This document shows positions 12,552-23,985 of a stretch of 64,000 bases of DNA, piece by piece (within the stretch, counting starts at the first letter, position 1; each line of letters begins with the position of its first letter). The stretch is from Octopus sinensis (lineage: Eukaryota): assembly GCF_006345805.1 (NCBI RefSeq), contig NW_021836180.1, forward strand, positions 62,001-126,000, written 5' to 3'. The notes beneath the pieces were generated by a model, which saw only the letters and a list, made by a program, of their open reading frames with translations, was not told the origin of the DNA and made no database searches. Both the position numbers and the translations under genes were made by a program.

Positions 12552-15062
12552 TTAGGCAACCATTTTGTTTTTTATGAAGTTTGTAGCTTTTTCTAGTAAC
12601 TTCTCTGAATTCAGTGGTTGTATATTCTGAGATTCCAGCCAAACAATTGCTTTCTTTTCCATTAATTCCCATTCACAATGCTGGGAAGCTAATTTTTCTC
12701 TTAGTACAGCAACAACAAGAGCTGTAGCCCATATTTTATCACTAACAGATGGATTCTCTTTGTTCAGGTCCTTAAGAGAAATATTGAGAGCTTGAGCCAA
12801 TTGATCGTCTAGATTCCAGAAACCAGAGAAAGCTTGTAAGTCAACCAAACATGTTAAAATGTTCTTAATTGTTGTCTCAGAAGACATAAAGGATTCTACA
12901 TCACTCACATTTAATGATCTTCTAAATGTCCGAGACAAGCAATTGGAACCCACAGAATCAGTACCAGAATCATGTTTATAAAAAATCCCAGAATTGTCAA
13001 CTACATTTTCCAAATAACAATTCTGATTTGCTTCCCCCATCATACATGGTAAAATCTCTTTATTTTTTGTCCCAGAAGTGAGAAACGATTTCTCATCACT
13101 CATACTGGATGGTCTTCTAAATGTCTGAGACAAGCAATTTAAATCGACAAACTCAAAGTCAGAATGCCCAAAATCAGCACCAGAATCCACACAATCAACA
13201 TTTATATATTCAAAGTCTTCTTCTAAATCAAGATCGGACTGATTGGCTGGGCAACTAGAAGCTTGTAGAGGTTGAGGTGGTGGTGGTGGTGGTGAAGAAG
13301 AAACCATGCAGGACTTTGGCATACATTCTGGAATACATTGCTTCAAACCAACAAAACTTGTGTACTTTGAAACTAAATTAGCCACTGTACCCAAATCGAT
13401 AATCTCTGATTTTATTTCATCACCTTTACCCAAATCTTCATTTAATTCCAATTCCTGTATTTTCCTTTTCACACAAAGACGGTGTATTGTCATTTCCTTA
13501 TTATTCTGTCCCAACAGACTTGCTTCAAAATCAAGTGAAAAGTCTGATTCACCAATTTTACCACAAAGATTCATTTTCACATTTTTGCAACTAGTCTCAG
13601 CTTCATGTAAAACTAGATAAAGGATTAATTTTTCTTCACTGAAAATACATGGCAGCCTTTCTGGAACTGAAATAAAGGATAATTCTTTATTGTTTTCACC
13701 ATGTTTGGCAGAGAGACAAACCGAAGATACAAATGGTTGCATTGACAATTTTAATAAACGCATAACTTTTGCCTTAAGGTTGTCGTTTGTCATCACAAAC
13801 TCTGCTTGTCCCTTCCCTGCACGGGCAATACCTTTGACCAATTCTGTAGAAGCTCCAGAACCAATACCAATTGTGAAGTATCGTGTGTTGTTTACTTGTG
13901 ACTTGACCAATTGAATGACATCGTTTGTGTTGTAGACTTCACCATCAGTTATTAAGAATACTTGTCGATGGAAATTTTGAAATGGTTTTTTGTCAGAGAG
14001 TGATTTCAGTGCATCAAGAATTTCTGTCCCACCTGAAGCATATAGATTTTTCTGGAATTTCAAAGCTTCATTCAGAGAATCTTCACTATATTCTCGGCTT
14101 CCTTCTCTGAACAGAAAATCAAAATAATTATTGAAGCTGATAACATTAAATGAGCAACCCAAAGGTAAACTTTTTAAGAAAAGTAGCAAAGTATCTTTTG
14201 CTGCTTTAATTCTCTCTCCATTCATGCTTCTTGAGCGATCAATAACAAAAATGTAGTCATTAGCGGCAGATTGTTTTACTTGTGGGAGTTTTGGAAATAC
14301 ATTTATCATCATAATATCTTTAGAAAACATTCCTTTAGAATTCTCATCTCTTTTCTCTAAAATTACTTGTGGTTTTTCTACATCTTCATAGTACACTTGC
14401 AGAAGAAGGTCTTTCTCAAAACTGAATTCCTTTGCCATTCTCACAGTAGCATGACACTTGTTATCCTGATATTCCACCTTAACTGGATGTTCTGATTTGA
14501 TGTCTTTGATTTGTGAATTCCAGTTGACAGAGGCATTGAAACTAAACTCTTTTGGTTTAGGTGCATTTTGATAATTTTCATCTGCAGGTTTAAGACCATA
14601 TCTGGGATTAAGCACAAATGGCATATGAAATTTCACTGCCCCATCAACTTCACAAGAAAGTTCAGAAACAAGGCATATTTGTAAATGGATCTTTTCATTT
14701 GCTGGAATATTACCTAAACTATACTCAAAAATATCGCCAGATGTACTTGTCTCTCGCAACAAAATGGCAGACTGACCTTTATCTACAGCTTCTTTGTATT
14801 CCTTTTTGGCAACATCTTTGTCTTTAGATTTAGCAACTAAATGGACATCACCAATTTTAGCTTCAAATTTATATACGGCACTGTCTTCTTCCACAGGGAA
14901 AACAAACTTAGCTTCTGTCTTGTGTTGGCTTTCATTTATATATTCAGCCTCGATGTTGACGTGTGACGTAAATCCATTAATGGAAATCGTGTGTGTGACA
15001 TAGAGAAGAGAAACTTTTGTTTTCTTTTCACAGATGATTCCAAATACCATTAAACAATCCAT
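12552..15062 (-). CDS. VWA5A: VWA5A-like protein, copy 1 (836 aa): VIT, VWA with MIDAS, 161-aa variable cassette, C-terminal helical domain
   Basis: VIT motifs (EAKFVFP, AVYKFEAKIG); MIDAS DRSRS...GGT...ITDGE; LVSKYTSFV; C-terminal LQAFSGFW...WATALVVAVL...EWELMEKKA. Start placed at MDCL by alignment to copy 3 and the upstream splice acceptor. Confidence 0.88.
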   Translation of the reverse strand: MDCLMVFGIICEKKTKVSLLYVTHTISINGFTSHVNIEAEYINESQHKTEAKFVFPVEEDSAVYKFEAKIGDVHLVAKSKDKDVAKKEYKEAVDKGQSAILLRETSTSGDIFEYSLGNIPANEKIHLQICLVSELSCEVDGAVKFHMPFVLNPRYGLKPADENYQNAPKPKEFSFNASVNWNSQIKDIKSEHPVKVEYQDNKCHATVRMAKEFSFEKDLLLQVYYEDVEKPQVILEKRDENSKGMFSKDIMMINVFPKLPQVKQSAANDYIFVIDRSRSMNGERIKAAKDTLLLFLKSLPLGCSFNVISFNNYFDFLFREGSREYSEDSLNEALKFQKNLYASGGTEILDALKSLSDKKPFQNFHRQVFLITDGEVYNTNDVIQLVKSQVNNTRYFTIGIGSGASTELVKGIARAGKGQAEFVMTNDNLKAKVMRLLKLSMQPFVSSVCLSAKHGENNKELSFISVPERLPCIFSEEKLILYLVLHEAETSCKNVKMNLCGKIGESDFSLDFEASLLGQNNKEMTIHRLCVKRKIQELELNEDLGKGDEIKSEIIDLGTVANLVSKYTSFVGLKQCIPECMPKSCMVSSSPPPPPPQPLQASSCPANQSDLDLEEDFEYINVDCVDSGADFGHSDFEFVDLNCLSQTFRRPSSMSDEKSFLTSGTKNKEILPCMMGEANQNCYLENVVDNSGIFYKHDSGTDSVGSNCLSRTFRRSLNVSDVESFMSSETTIKNILTCLVDLQAFSGFWNLDDQLAQALNISLKDLNKENPSVSDKIWATALVVAVLREKLASQHCEWELMEKKAIVWLESQNIQPLNSEKLLEKATNFIKNKMVA

Positions 15063-15078
15063 ATTGTATTTAAAATAC

Positions 15079-15100
15079 CTGTATAGAAAAAAAAAATAAA
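15079..15100 (-). promoter_or_regulatory. Splice acceptor of a 5'-UTR intron, copy 1
   Basis: ttttttttttctatacag|g, 16 nt before the ATG. Confidence 0.65.
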
Positions 15101-15197
15101 CAAAAATGAATGCAAAAAAACCCCAAAAAATGGAATTATTGAGGATCCTGATGATAATTACATGCAAAGATTAAAATAGCAACACAATTAATTCATA

Positions 15198-18196
15198 CTA
15201 GCAGTATAGCCCGGCGTTGGCTGGGATTAAGTTAGGATTATTAAGTGATCAAGCACTTTATTTGAAACCAAAATAAGTGACATTGACATCAAATTTGAGA
15301 GAAATCCGTTGAAATTGGTAAACTTTTGGCTGAAAATAGGTTGCAGGTAATTTGATTGGGAAATCCTATAAGGAATCGGTTTATCAATTATTTCCACTCA
15401 TCGATTGTTTTTTTTTTTTTGAGAACTTAAAGCATTCAAAGATCCTATGAGTCCTAAGTAATACTGGCATCAAGTTTGAGTAAAATATGTCAAAATTGGT
15501 AAAAGTTTTGGTTGAAAATGGGGTGTAGCCAATTTTAGTGAGAAATCCTATAAGGAATCGGTTTATCAATTTTTTTATCCTGATTGAATGGAAAACCCCA
15601 AATGGATACCTGCCACTGACAGTGTTTGGCCATGGGATTTGTTGATGGACACGGCGAAGCATGGTCTCACTGGGAACTGCGATCTGCGGAAGTCAAAAGG
15701 CATGTCCAACACCGAGGGATAAAGCTGCATCCTTGAAATGAAAACATTTTCACCCCTCCTGCATCCTGTAACAATGGTGGCCTCAGTCAAGAGGGGCGTC
15801 GGGGACTTGATTACTAAGTGGGTCTCATTGCACTGTTTAGGCGGAAGCAAGTTTCTGATTAGCATAATTGGGCATCCAACCCTTAGCCTAAGAATGTGAA
15901 GTGGAAGCCCTGCTAGCTCCAACGAGTTGAGAAACTTGACAGGGTAACTGACAATTTCTTGGTGGTCAGAGGTCCGGTCAATCAATTTGTAGATGCTCTC
16001 CTCACCCGGAATTTGGCTTATGAGCTGGTCGTTGATAGCATTGACAGCTACGTTTGTGGGGGCCAGGATGGTTCTTTCACTGAACCAATTGACGTCTGCA
16101 TAATTACTTTCCAGATTAAGGAACACTTTTCCAAAAGATCGGAAGGGTTGTCCATGGTGTTGCACATTTCAGAGATGGATATGTCACCCCTATCATTCTG
16201 AGGGACCTTGCCTTCTCCAAGGGCTAAAATGTCTTAAGCAAATGCTGCAGATGTGCTATAACCAAGCAAGTGCACATGCATGTTTGTGCTTAGGCTTAAG
16301 GTCGTAATCTGGAGCCACAACATGGATGACTTTAGGCATGCGCACACTTCATCAGCCCGGCTCCCTTTAGGGATGATAGAAAGGGTTTGCCAGAAATCTG
16401 AAAGCAATAGAGTTACACCACTCATAGAAGCTGTAGAATCCCTGATACTTTTCAGTGACCGGTCCAGTGCCTCAAGGGCACCCTTATTGGTCATTGTGCA
16501 TTCGTCCCATACAATGAGACGGTACAGTCTAAGAACTTCAGCTGAATTTTTGCCAATGTTGCAAGAAGGAACCTTGGCCCTCACCAAATGTAAAGGCAGC
16601 TTGAATGCTGAGTGCGCTGTCCTACCTCCCGGCAATAATGTAGCAGTGATTTCTGAGGAAGCAACATCTAATGAAATTTGTTTCTCGTGACGAATCTTGG
16701 CAAGTATTAATTGTGTTACAAAGGATTTGCCAGTACCTCTAGCAGCATTGAGGAAAAAATGCCGCCTGCCTGTTTTTCAATGGCACTGATGACAGTTTCG
16801 TACACCAGCCTCTGATCAGGGAGCAATTTCGATTCATTTACTCTCGTGTACTCTGCAAGGCCATCGTCATCATACGACAACTCCAGAAGTAACTTTGGTG
16901 GGAGTGTGTTAACGTCCTGTCACAATGAGGATGGCAAACTAAATGTGTTCGATGCTGCCCCACCCATTTTGAGCAGGGCATCCTCGATTTCAATCAGCGC
17001 ATTATTGTAGATCAGGTCATTGTATCCAATGTCAGCATTAGGGCACTGTTGCTTTGCCAGCCATCATTTGCCTTGACCACTGAGAAAGCAAAATTACGTA
17101 CAGAGAATTTCATAAACAGAAATGAATGGAAAAAGGTTTTAGATTAAATTTTTAAATTAACACTTGCCCGAATTTCACTAAGAAAAAAAGAAATTGGATT
17201 TTTTGCATGGAATCAACTACTAATATGCTATGGGACCCTTTTTGTGGTCTGAAAAACGGGGTGGTGTGTGGTGGAAGCCTCGGAAATTTCACCATATATT
17301 TTTCAATGTATGTGGGAAAATATGGAGATTAAGAATATGGAAAACATTTTTTTTTAATCTCAAATTTACCATGAAAAACTCCAGGCAAATTTTTAGACAA
17401 CACTTGCACAATTTTCACTAAGAAAAAAAAATTGGATTTTTTGCAGGGAATCAACTACCCTGGCCTCCTAATATGCTACAAAACCCTTTTTGTGGTCCGA
17501 GAAATGGGTGGGGTGGGGTGTGGTGAAGCCCCAGAAATTTTACCCATTTATATTGTGTAATTCACTAACAAATTGTTACCTACCTCTTTGCTTCTATGTT
17601 GTTAAATAAATAGATTCTCAACAAAACACTTTTTTCTCTGCGTAAAATAAAAACAAATCTCTTTCGCACCCAAAGTAATGTGTGTGTGTGAGAGGGGGTG
17701 GGGAGAAAGATGAACGATTTAAAATAAATATATTTTAATTGTTGTGTGAGAAAGTATATATAATCTGATTATAAAAAATAGTGTCTTTTAAAAACATCCT
17801 AAATTTGAATACTATATCTCGTGTTTAAGGAAAAAATTTTTTACATTTCTATTTTTGGTGAACGCTGTCATTTTCTCTATCTCTCCCTCACACGCACGCA
17901 CACACACACACACACATACATCAGAACACAACTTTTCTCTACCTCACACACACACACACACACACATTTTCACTTCGCTATAGCAAAAAGGGACTTAACT
18001 CATGTTAGCAAACTTCAAAATTGGTAAAAGTTAAGGTTGAAAATCGACTTTTACTACTACCTGCAGGTGCCTAGAGAAAAATAATTCAACGAATGTCCTC
18101 CTATAATTGGAGTGACATGAGTGCTAATTTGTGGACGTGCATAAACAACATTCACGTACACACACACACACACATCTTGCCTTTTATATATACAGA
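15198..18196 (-). mobile_element. Internally deleted Helitron (~3.0 kb) with both termini
   Basis: 5' A|TCTGTATATATAAAA at 18196; 3' hairpin cccagccaacgccggg then CTAG|T at 15198; helicase remnants in the same orientation; internal tandem duplications near 15290/15470 and 17170/17410. Confidence 0.88.
15600..17090 (-). pseudogene. Helitron Rep/Hel PIF1-type helicase remnants
   Basis: GTGKS Walker A, GGRTAHS, IVWDE, ILAPTN, LRVGCPIMLIRNL and QFPVRPCFAVSINKSHGQTL motifs, split by stops and frameshifts. Confidence 0.9.
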
Positions 18197-19462
18197 TATA
18201 AATATGGCAGGTCAGTCATGATTGTCACTTGTGTATATCCGAACTCTCAGTGACTAAACTGGCAAAAACACCAGGACTGCTTGGTGTGTAGAATGCTTTC
18301 TGGATTCACTGAAGAATGAAAAACAAGATCTGTCAAAGGTTTGATGAAGTCTGAGGAGGCACAGGTCATTCAATTACATTAAATTTATACATGTAAGAAT
18401 TTGCAAATTTCTGATTTGGTCTCTGGTTTGCATTTCTCAGATGATTACAGCCATGTAAAAATGCATCTAAACTAGAAGATGGAAATCTCTAAGAGAATAG
18501 CCTCCGATATGTGATTCACTGAATTTGCTGCAAATATTTTCATCATTTGTCTGCTATCATCATTTCTCAAATGTGTGACTGCTCCTACACAAAACTTCAC
18601 CACTGAAATCAAATCATGTCTAAATACATGATATCCAATCTCGTTACAACAAAATAGGGAGTAGTAAAACAGTTGACAACGGAATGAGTTAGACTTTTGG
18701 TATTTTATCCTGTGCTTATCTCTGTGTGTTTACGTATTCTTCACTCGGTGATGTCCTGTACTTGATGTGTATTTTTTATTTATTTATAACTGAATACCAC
18801 TTTTCTTTCTTTCTCTCTATCCCTCTACAATCATCTATACTTTCCATTTCTCCTCCCTCGTTCTTTGCTGCCATCTTCCTTGCACTCTGGATACATTTAT
18901 GGCTATAATAATGAGAAGCTCATGGGAGAATTCACTTATAGATATGTATGTAACCCAAATACAAAATCCAGAGTCTCTCAGTATAATGCTCAAAATATTC
19001 AAACTTAAATTGCATTGTCTTTACAGGGGACTGATTCTGCAAGGTAAAGGGTTGAGCAGATATAGAGGGAATTATGCAAATAAACATTATTATAAACTAT
19101 TACATTTAATATTTAAGCAATTATAAACCATTTTATATAATATATTCGATATTATTCCTGTACCTAATTTCTTTACCAGTATAATTGAATCTCTATGTAT
19201 AGATGTGTGTGTGTGTTTTGTGTCTTCTTGGTTTGACATGATATCACAGTCACTGACAAGTGTGGATATTGTACAAGCTCTGTCCTCCATTCTGAAAGCT
19301 TACTGGAAACATATCTGGCTATGAGGAAATATAACCTAACTTGGAAACAGGTAAGTGTCAGTGACAGCAAAGCTGACCTGTTCATACATTAACGAATTCT
19401 GCACGGCACATACAAAAGTAAACAACAATAATATAATGATGATGATGATGATGATGTGAAGT

Positions 19463-19915
19463 CGAAGACATTTGACTTTGCTAACACTGAATATGGATTC
19501 CATAAGTTTTGTGATAAAACTCTTCCAACATATTCCTGTGTCTTACAACACTACCCAACAAGTTGTACTTTTGGTCTTTAGTGTTTGTTCTATATTATCC
19601 CATCATGAAACTAAAATGGATTCATCTTAATTTTCATTCTTTTACTTGTTTCAGTTATTAAACTGCGACCATACTGGGGCACTGACTTGAAGATGTGAGT
19701 AGAGCAAATCTCTTAACAGAAATCCAGAATAAGATGTACACATAAATGTCAAGGCTTTTCAAATAGTTTCTAATATCATAAGAATGATAGTAATGATGAA
19801 CCAAGATAAAATACAGATGTGATAAACGTAGGATAGAGTTTTATACAATTATTTGTCTCAGATATTTATTTATTAAAACCTGTTTCTTTAAAGAATTTCT
19901 AATGACAAAAGATGA
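19463..19915. repeat. Downstream-flank block of copy 2, paralogous to 46842-47287
   Basis: Aligns by eye with only scattered mismatches. Confidence 0.9.
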
Positions 19916-19924
19916 GTCAGTTTA

Positions 19925-20215
19925 TCAACCGAGTCTATCGTGAATATTGTCGTGCCACCTTCCTTGAAACTGGAAGGAAGAACCATTTTCATTGTACTTG
20001 TGGCTATAGTGAAAGAATGTGTATGGTGGACATGACTGAAAGGTCTAGAGACAAACACTTTCCTCTCTGGTGAATCTCTCATCAACTTCTTTAAGTATTA
20101 CTTGAAGAGGAAGGTGAGAGTAGAGAGGGAAGTTTTGTCTAGTAAATGTTTAAAAAAAAGATGGGTGAATGTAGCAAGGATGGCATGTGTGAATGACAGA
20201 GCCAGCTTGAGCATA
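19925..20215 (+). mobile_element. Fragment of a non-LTR retrotransposon ORF2 C-terminus (Tx1/L1-like)
   Basis: IVLVAIVKECVWWT*LKGLETNTFLSGESLINFFKYYLKRKVRVEREVLSSKCLKKRWV resembles LINE C-termini (family from memory); absent from the paralogous flank. Confidence 0.5.
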
Positions 20216-20755
20216 ATCCTACGAACCAAAAAAAAAAGGGGAAAAGAGAGCCACTTACTGTAATGTGTTTATTTTTGCATGACACTATTGCCCAAGGTTT
20301 CCGTGGTCTTTTCTGTAGGCTTTTCTTTCCATAGATAAACTTAATCTGTTTTCTCTTTTTACATTGACATTTCTGTGATACACGATCCCTATTGATTACA
20401 CTCCCACTACCATTTTTTTTTCACGATCCCTTTTGATCGGAATTCGACCAACTTTTTTTTCTTCTTTTCTTCTTCTTCCCCAAAAGAAAAGCTCTACTTT
20501 GTATTTTTCCCCTCTGTATTTCAGCCCTGTGTGGCCAGTAAAGAAACATATAATGACCAAAGACAATGTGAACCTACAGCTAAATAATGATTGTTTTCCT
20601 CAATTTAGTAGTGTTAAATGCTGAGAACTCTGTTTAAATATCTCTAACTAATTCTCTACCATATCTCTGCTGAAGTGCATTGCCTTTGTTCCAATTAATT
20701 TTCAAAATAATGAAGAATTTAGTGATATAACTTTGTCAATATTAAGCTGGTGTTT

Positions 20756-20976
20756 TAGGGCAGCAAGCTGGCAGAATCTTTAGCACCCTGGGCAAAATGC
20801 TTTGCGGTATTTCATCTGTCATCACATTCTAAGTTCAAATTCTACCAAGGTCGACTTTGCTCATCATCCTTTCGGGGTCGATCAAATAAGTACCAGTTAC
20901 GTACTGGGGTCGATGTCATCGACTTAATCCCTTCCCACAAATTTGAGGCCTTGTACTTCCAGTAGAAAGGATTACT
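20756..20976 (+). mobile_element. SINE insertion with 12-bp TSD
   Basis: aagctggtgttt (20744-20755) and aaactggtgttt (20977-20988); empty site at 47485-47496. Confidence 0.85.
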
Positions 20977-21661
20977 AAACTGGTGTTTGGGACATAAATT
21001 AGAATAATATTTTGATGGAAGGTTACAATTTCGATGACATAAAAGTAAGAAGTTTGTCACAGAACCTGCAAAGTCTTGGAAATATATTCACACTTGATAC
21101 ACACAAAAAAAATAAATAATAATAATAACACAAAATCAACAATTACAGGATTATGCTACGTTTATATATTTGTTGAGCAAGATTTTTTTATGTGAAGTTG
21201 TGTGTTGAAACATAGACGCACATAGAGATATACACATGCGCAAATGAAGACACATACAATAGAAATACAAAATGGCTGACAGTTAGTAAGGAGAGACACA
21301 AATAAGAAAGAAGAAAGCAAAGGACCACTGATGTCACAGGAGTGTGACGAAAGAACTCTGGCCGAAATAAGATTAAGATTAATGTAAAAAATAAATAACA
21401 CTGAAGCAAAGTAACACCAAATATATAGTGCGTGTGTTTTTATTGGCTAAACTGGCAAAATGACCATTCCGAAATACAACAATATAGGATTATGGCTTTA
21501 TATTTTATTATATTTTATAGCTGTATAGATATATGAAATATATTTGTTTACAGATATTTTAGAGGAATTAGTAAAGTAATGATATATAAGTTAAAATGTT
21601 AAGGTATTTTTCTCAGTTATACAGTAGTGAAAGTTTTAATATATGAAATAAACAGAAATCG

Positions 21662-23945
21662 CTAGGCAACCATTTTGTTTTTTATGAAGTTTGTAGCTTT
21701 TTCTAGTAACTTCTCTGAATTCATTAGTTGTATATTCTGAGATTCCAGCCACACAATTGCTTTCTTTTCCATTAATTCCCATTCACAATGCTGGGAAGCT
21801 AATTTTTCTCTTAGTACAGCAACAACAAGAGCTGTAGCCCATACTTTATCACTAATAGATGGATTCTCTTTGTTCAGATCCTTAAGAGAAATATTGAGAG
21901 CTTGAGCCAACTGATCGTCTAGATTCCAGAAACCAGAGAAAGCTTGTAGACCAACCAAACATGTTAAAATATCTTTATTTGTTGACCCAGGAGACAGAAA
22001 GGATTCCTCGTCAGTCACACATGGTACTGTAAACGGGGGAGGTATGCAACTTGAATCCACAGAATCAGCACCAAAAGAATCACAACAAAAAGCAACATCA
22101 TCAATGTCGTCCAATCCTTCAGCAGCTACACGATAATTACTGTATGTTTGCGGTAATGCTAAACACATCATTGGCATGCTACACATTGGCATGCTACACA
22201 TTGGCATAAATTCTGGAACATGTTCATCCAAACCAACAAAACTTGTGTACTTTGAAACTAAATTAGCCATTGTACCCAAATCGATAATCTCTGATTTTAT
22301 TTCATCACCTTTACCCAAATCTTCATTTAATTCCAATTCCTGTATTTTCCTTTTCACACAAAGACGGTGTATTGTCATTTCCTTATTATTCTGTCCCAAC
22401 AGACTTGCTTCAAAATCAAGTGAAAAGTCTGATTCACCAATTTTACCACAAAGATTCAATTTCACATTTTTGCAACTAGTCTCAGCTTCATGCAAAACTA
22501 GATAAAGGATTAATTTTTCTTCACTGAAAATACATGGCAGCCTTTCTGGAACTGAAATAAAGGATAATTCTTTATTGTTTTCACCATGTTTAGCAGAGAG
22601 ACAAACCGAAGATACAAATGGTTGCATTGACAATTTTAATAAACGCATAACTTTTGCCTTAAGGTTGTCGTTTGTCATCACAAACTCTGCTTGTCCCTTC
22701 CCTGCGCGGGCAATACCTTTGACCAATTCTGTAGAAGCTCCAGAACCAATACCAATTGTGAAGTATCGTGTGTTGTTTACTTGTGACTTGACCAATTGAA
22801 TGACATCGTTTGTGTTGTAGACTTCACCATCAGTTATTAAGAATACTTGTCGATGGAAATTTTGAAATGGTTTTTTGTCAGAGAGTGATTTCAGTGCACT
22901 AAGAATTTCTGTCCCTCCCGAAGCATATAGATTTTTCTGGAATTTCAATGCTTCATTCAGAGAATCTTCACTATATTCTCGGCTTCCTTCTTTGAACAGA
23001 AATTCAAAATCATTATTGAAGCTGATAGCATTAAATGAGCAACCCAAAGGTAAACTTTTTAAGAAAAGTAGCAAAGTATCTTTTGCTGCTTCAATTTTCT
23101 CTCCACTCATGCTTCCTGAGCGATCAATAACAAAAATATAGTCATTAGCGGCAGATTGTTTTACTTGCGGAAGTTCTGGAAACACATTTATCATCATAAT
23201 ATCTTTAGAAAACATTCCTTTAGAATTCTCATCTCCTTTCTCTAAAATTACTTGTGGTTTTTCTACATCTTCATAGTACACTTGCAGAAGAAGGTCTTTC
23301 TCAAAATTGAATTCCTTTGCCATTCTCACAGTAGCATGACACTTGTTATCCTGATATTCCACCTTAACTGGATGTTCTGATTTGATGTCTTTGATTTGTG
23401 AATTCCAGTTGACAGAGGCATTGAAACTAAACTCTTTTGGTTTAGGTGCATTTTGATAATTTTCATCTGCAGGTTTAAGACCATATCTGGGATTAAGCAC
23501 AAATGGCATATGAAATTTCACTGCCCCATCAACTTCACAAGAAAGTTCAGAAACAAGGCATATTTGTAAATGGATCTTTTCATTTGCTGGAATATTACCT
23601 AAACTATACTCAAAAATATCGCCAGATGTACTTGTCTCTCGCAACAAAATGGCAGACTGACCTTTATCTACAGCTTGTTTGTATTCCTTTTTGGCAACAT
23701 CTTTTCTTTAGATTTGCAACTAAATGGACATCACCAATTTTAGCTTCAAATTTATATACGGCACTGTCTTCTTCCACAGGGAAAACAAACTTAGCTTCTG
23801 TCTTGTGTTGGCTTTCATTTATATATTCAGCCTCGATGTTGACGTGTGACGTAAAACCATTAATGGAAATCGTGTGTGTGGCATAGAGAAGAGAAACCTT
23901 TGTTTTATTTTCACAGATGATTCCAAATACCATTAGTCTATTCAT
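21662..23945 (-). pseudogene. VWA5A: VWA5A-like copy 2; two 1-bp deletions near 23704 and 23716 (761 aa if repaired); 86-aa cassette
   Basis: ORFs 23664-23945 and 21662-23647 together reproduce copy 3; cttttctttagatttgcaac versus ctttgtctttagatttggcaac. Confidence 0.8.
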
Positions 23946-23961
23946 GTTTGCAATGAAAGTG

Positions 23962-23985
23962 CTAGATAAAATAGAAGGAGAAACA
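23962..23985 (-). promoter_or_regulatory. Splice acceptor of a 5'-UTR intron, copy 2 (copy 3 equivalent at 50153-50176)
   Basis: tttctccttctattttatctag|c, 16 nt before the ATG. Confidence 0.65.

Noticed and set aside
13306-15003. Plus-strand ORFs repeated in each VWA5A copy, and minus-strand ORFs over the Gypsy element
   Set aside because: Antisense or alternate-frame shadows of real coding sequence.
15063-15167. 35-aa hydrophobic N-terminal extension of the 871-aa ORF (signal/TM-like)
   Set aside because: It is a polypyrimidine tract and acceptor, absent from copies 2/3; intronic.
21359-21369. tggccgaaata, an 11-nt match to the PBS/tRNA-Phe motif
   Set aside because: No LTR or element context. 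Treated as chance, but noted as a caution that the motif can occur elsewhere.
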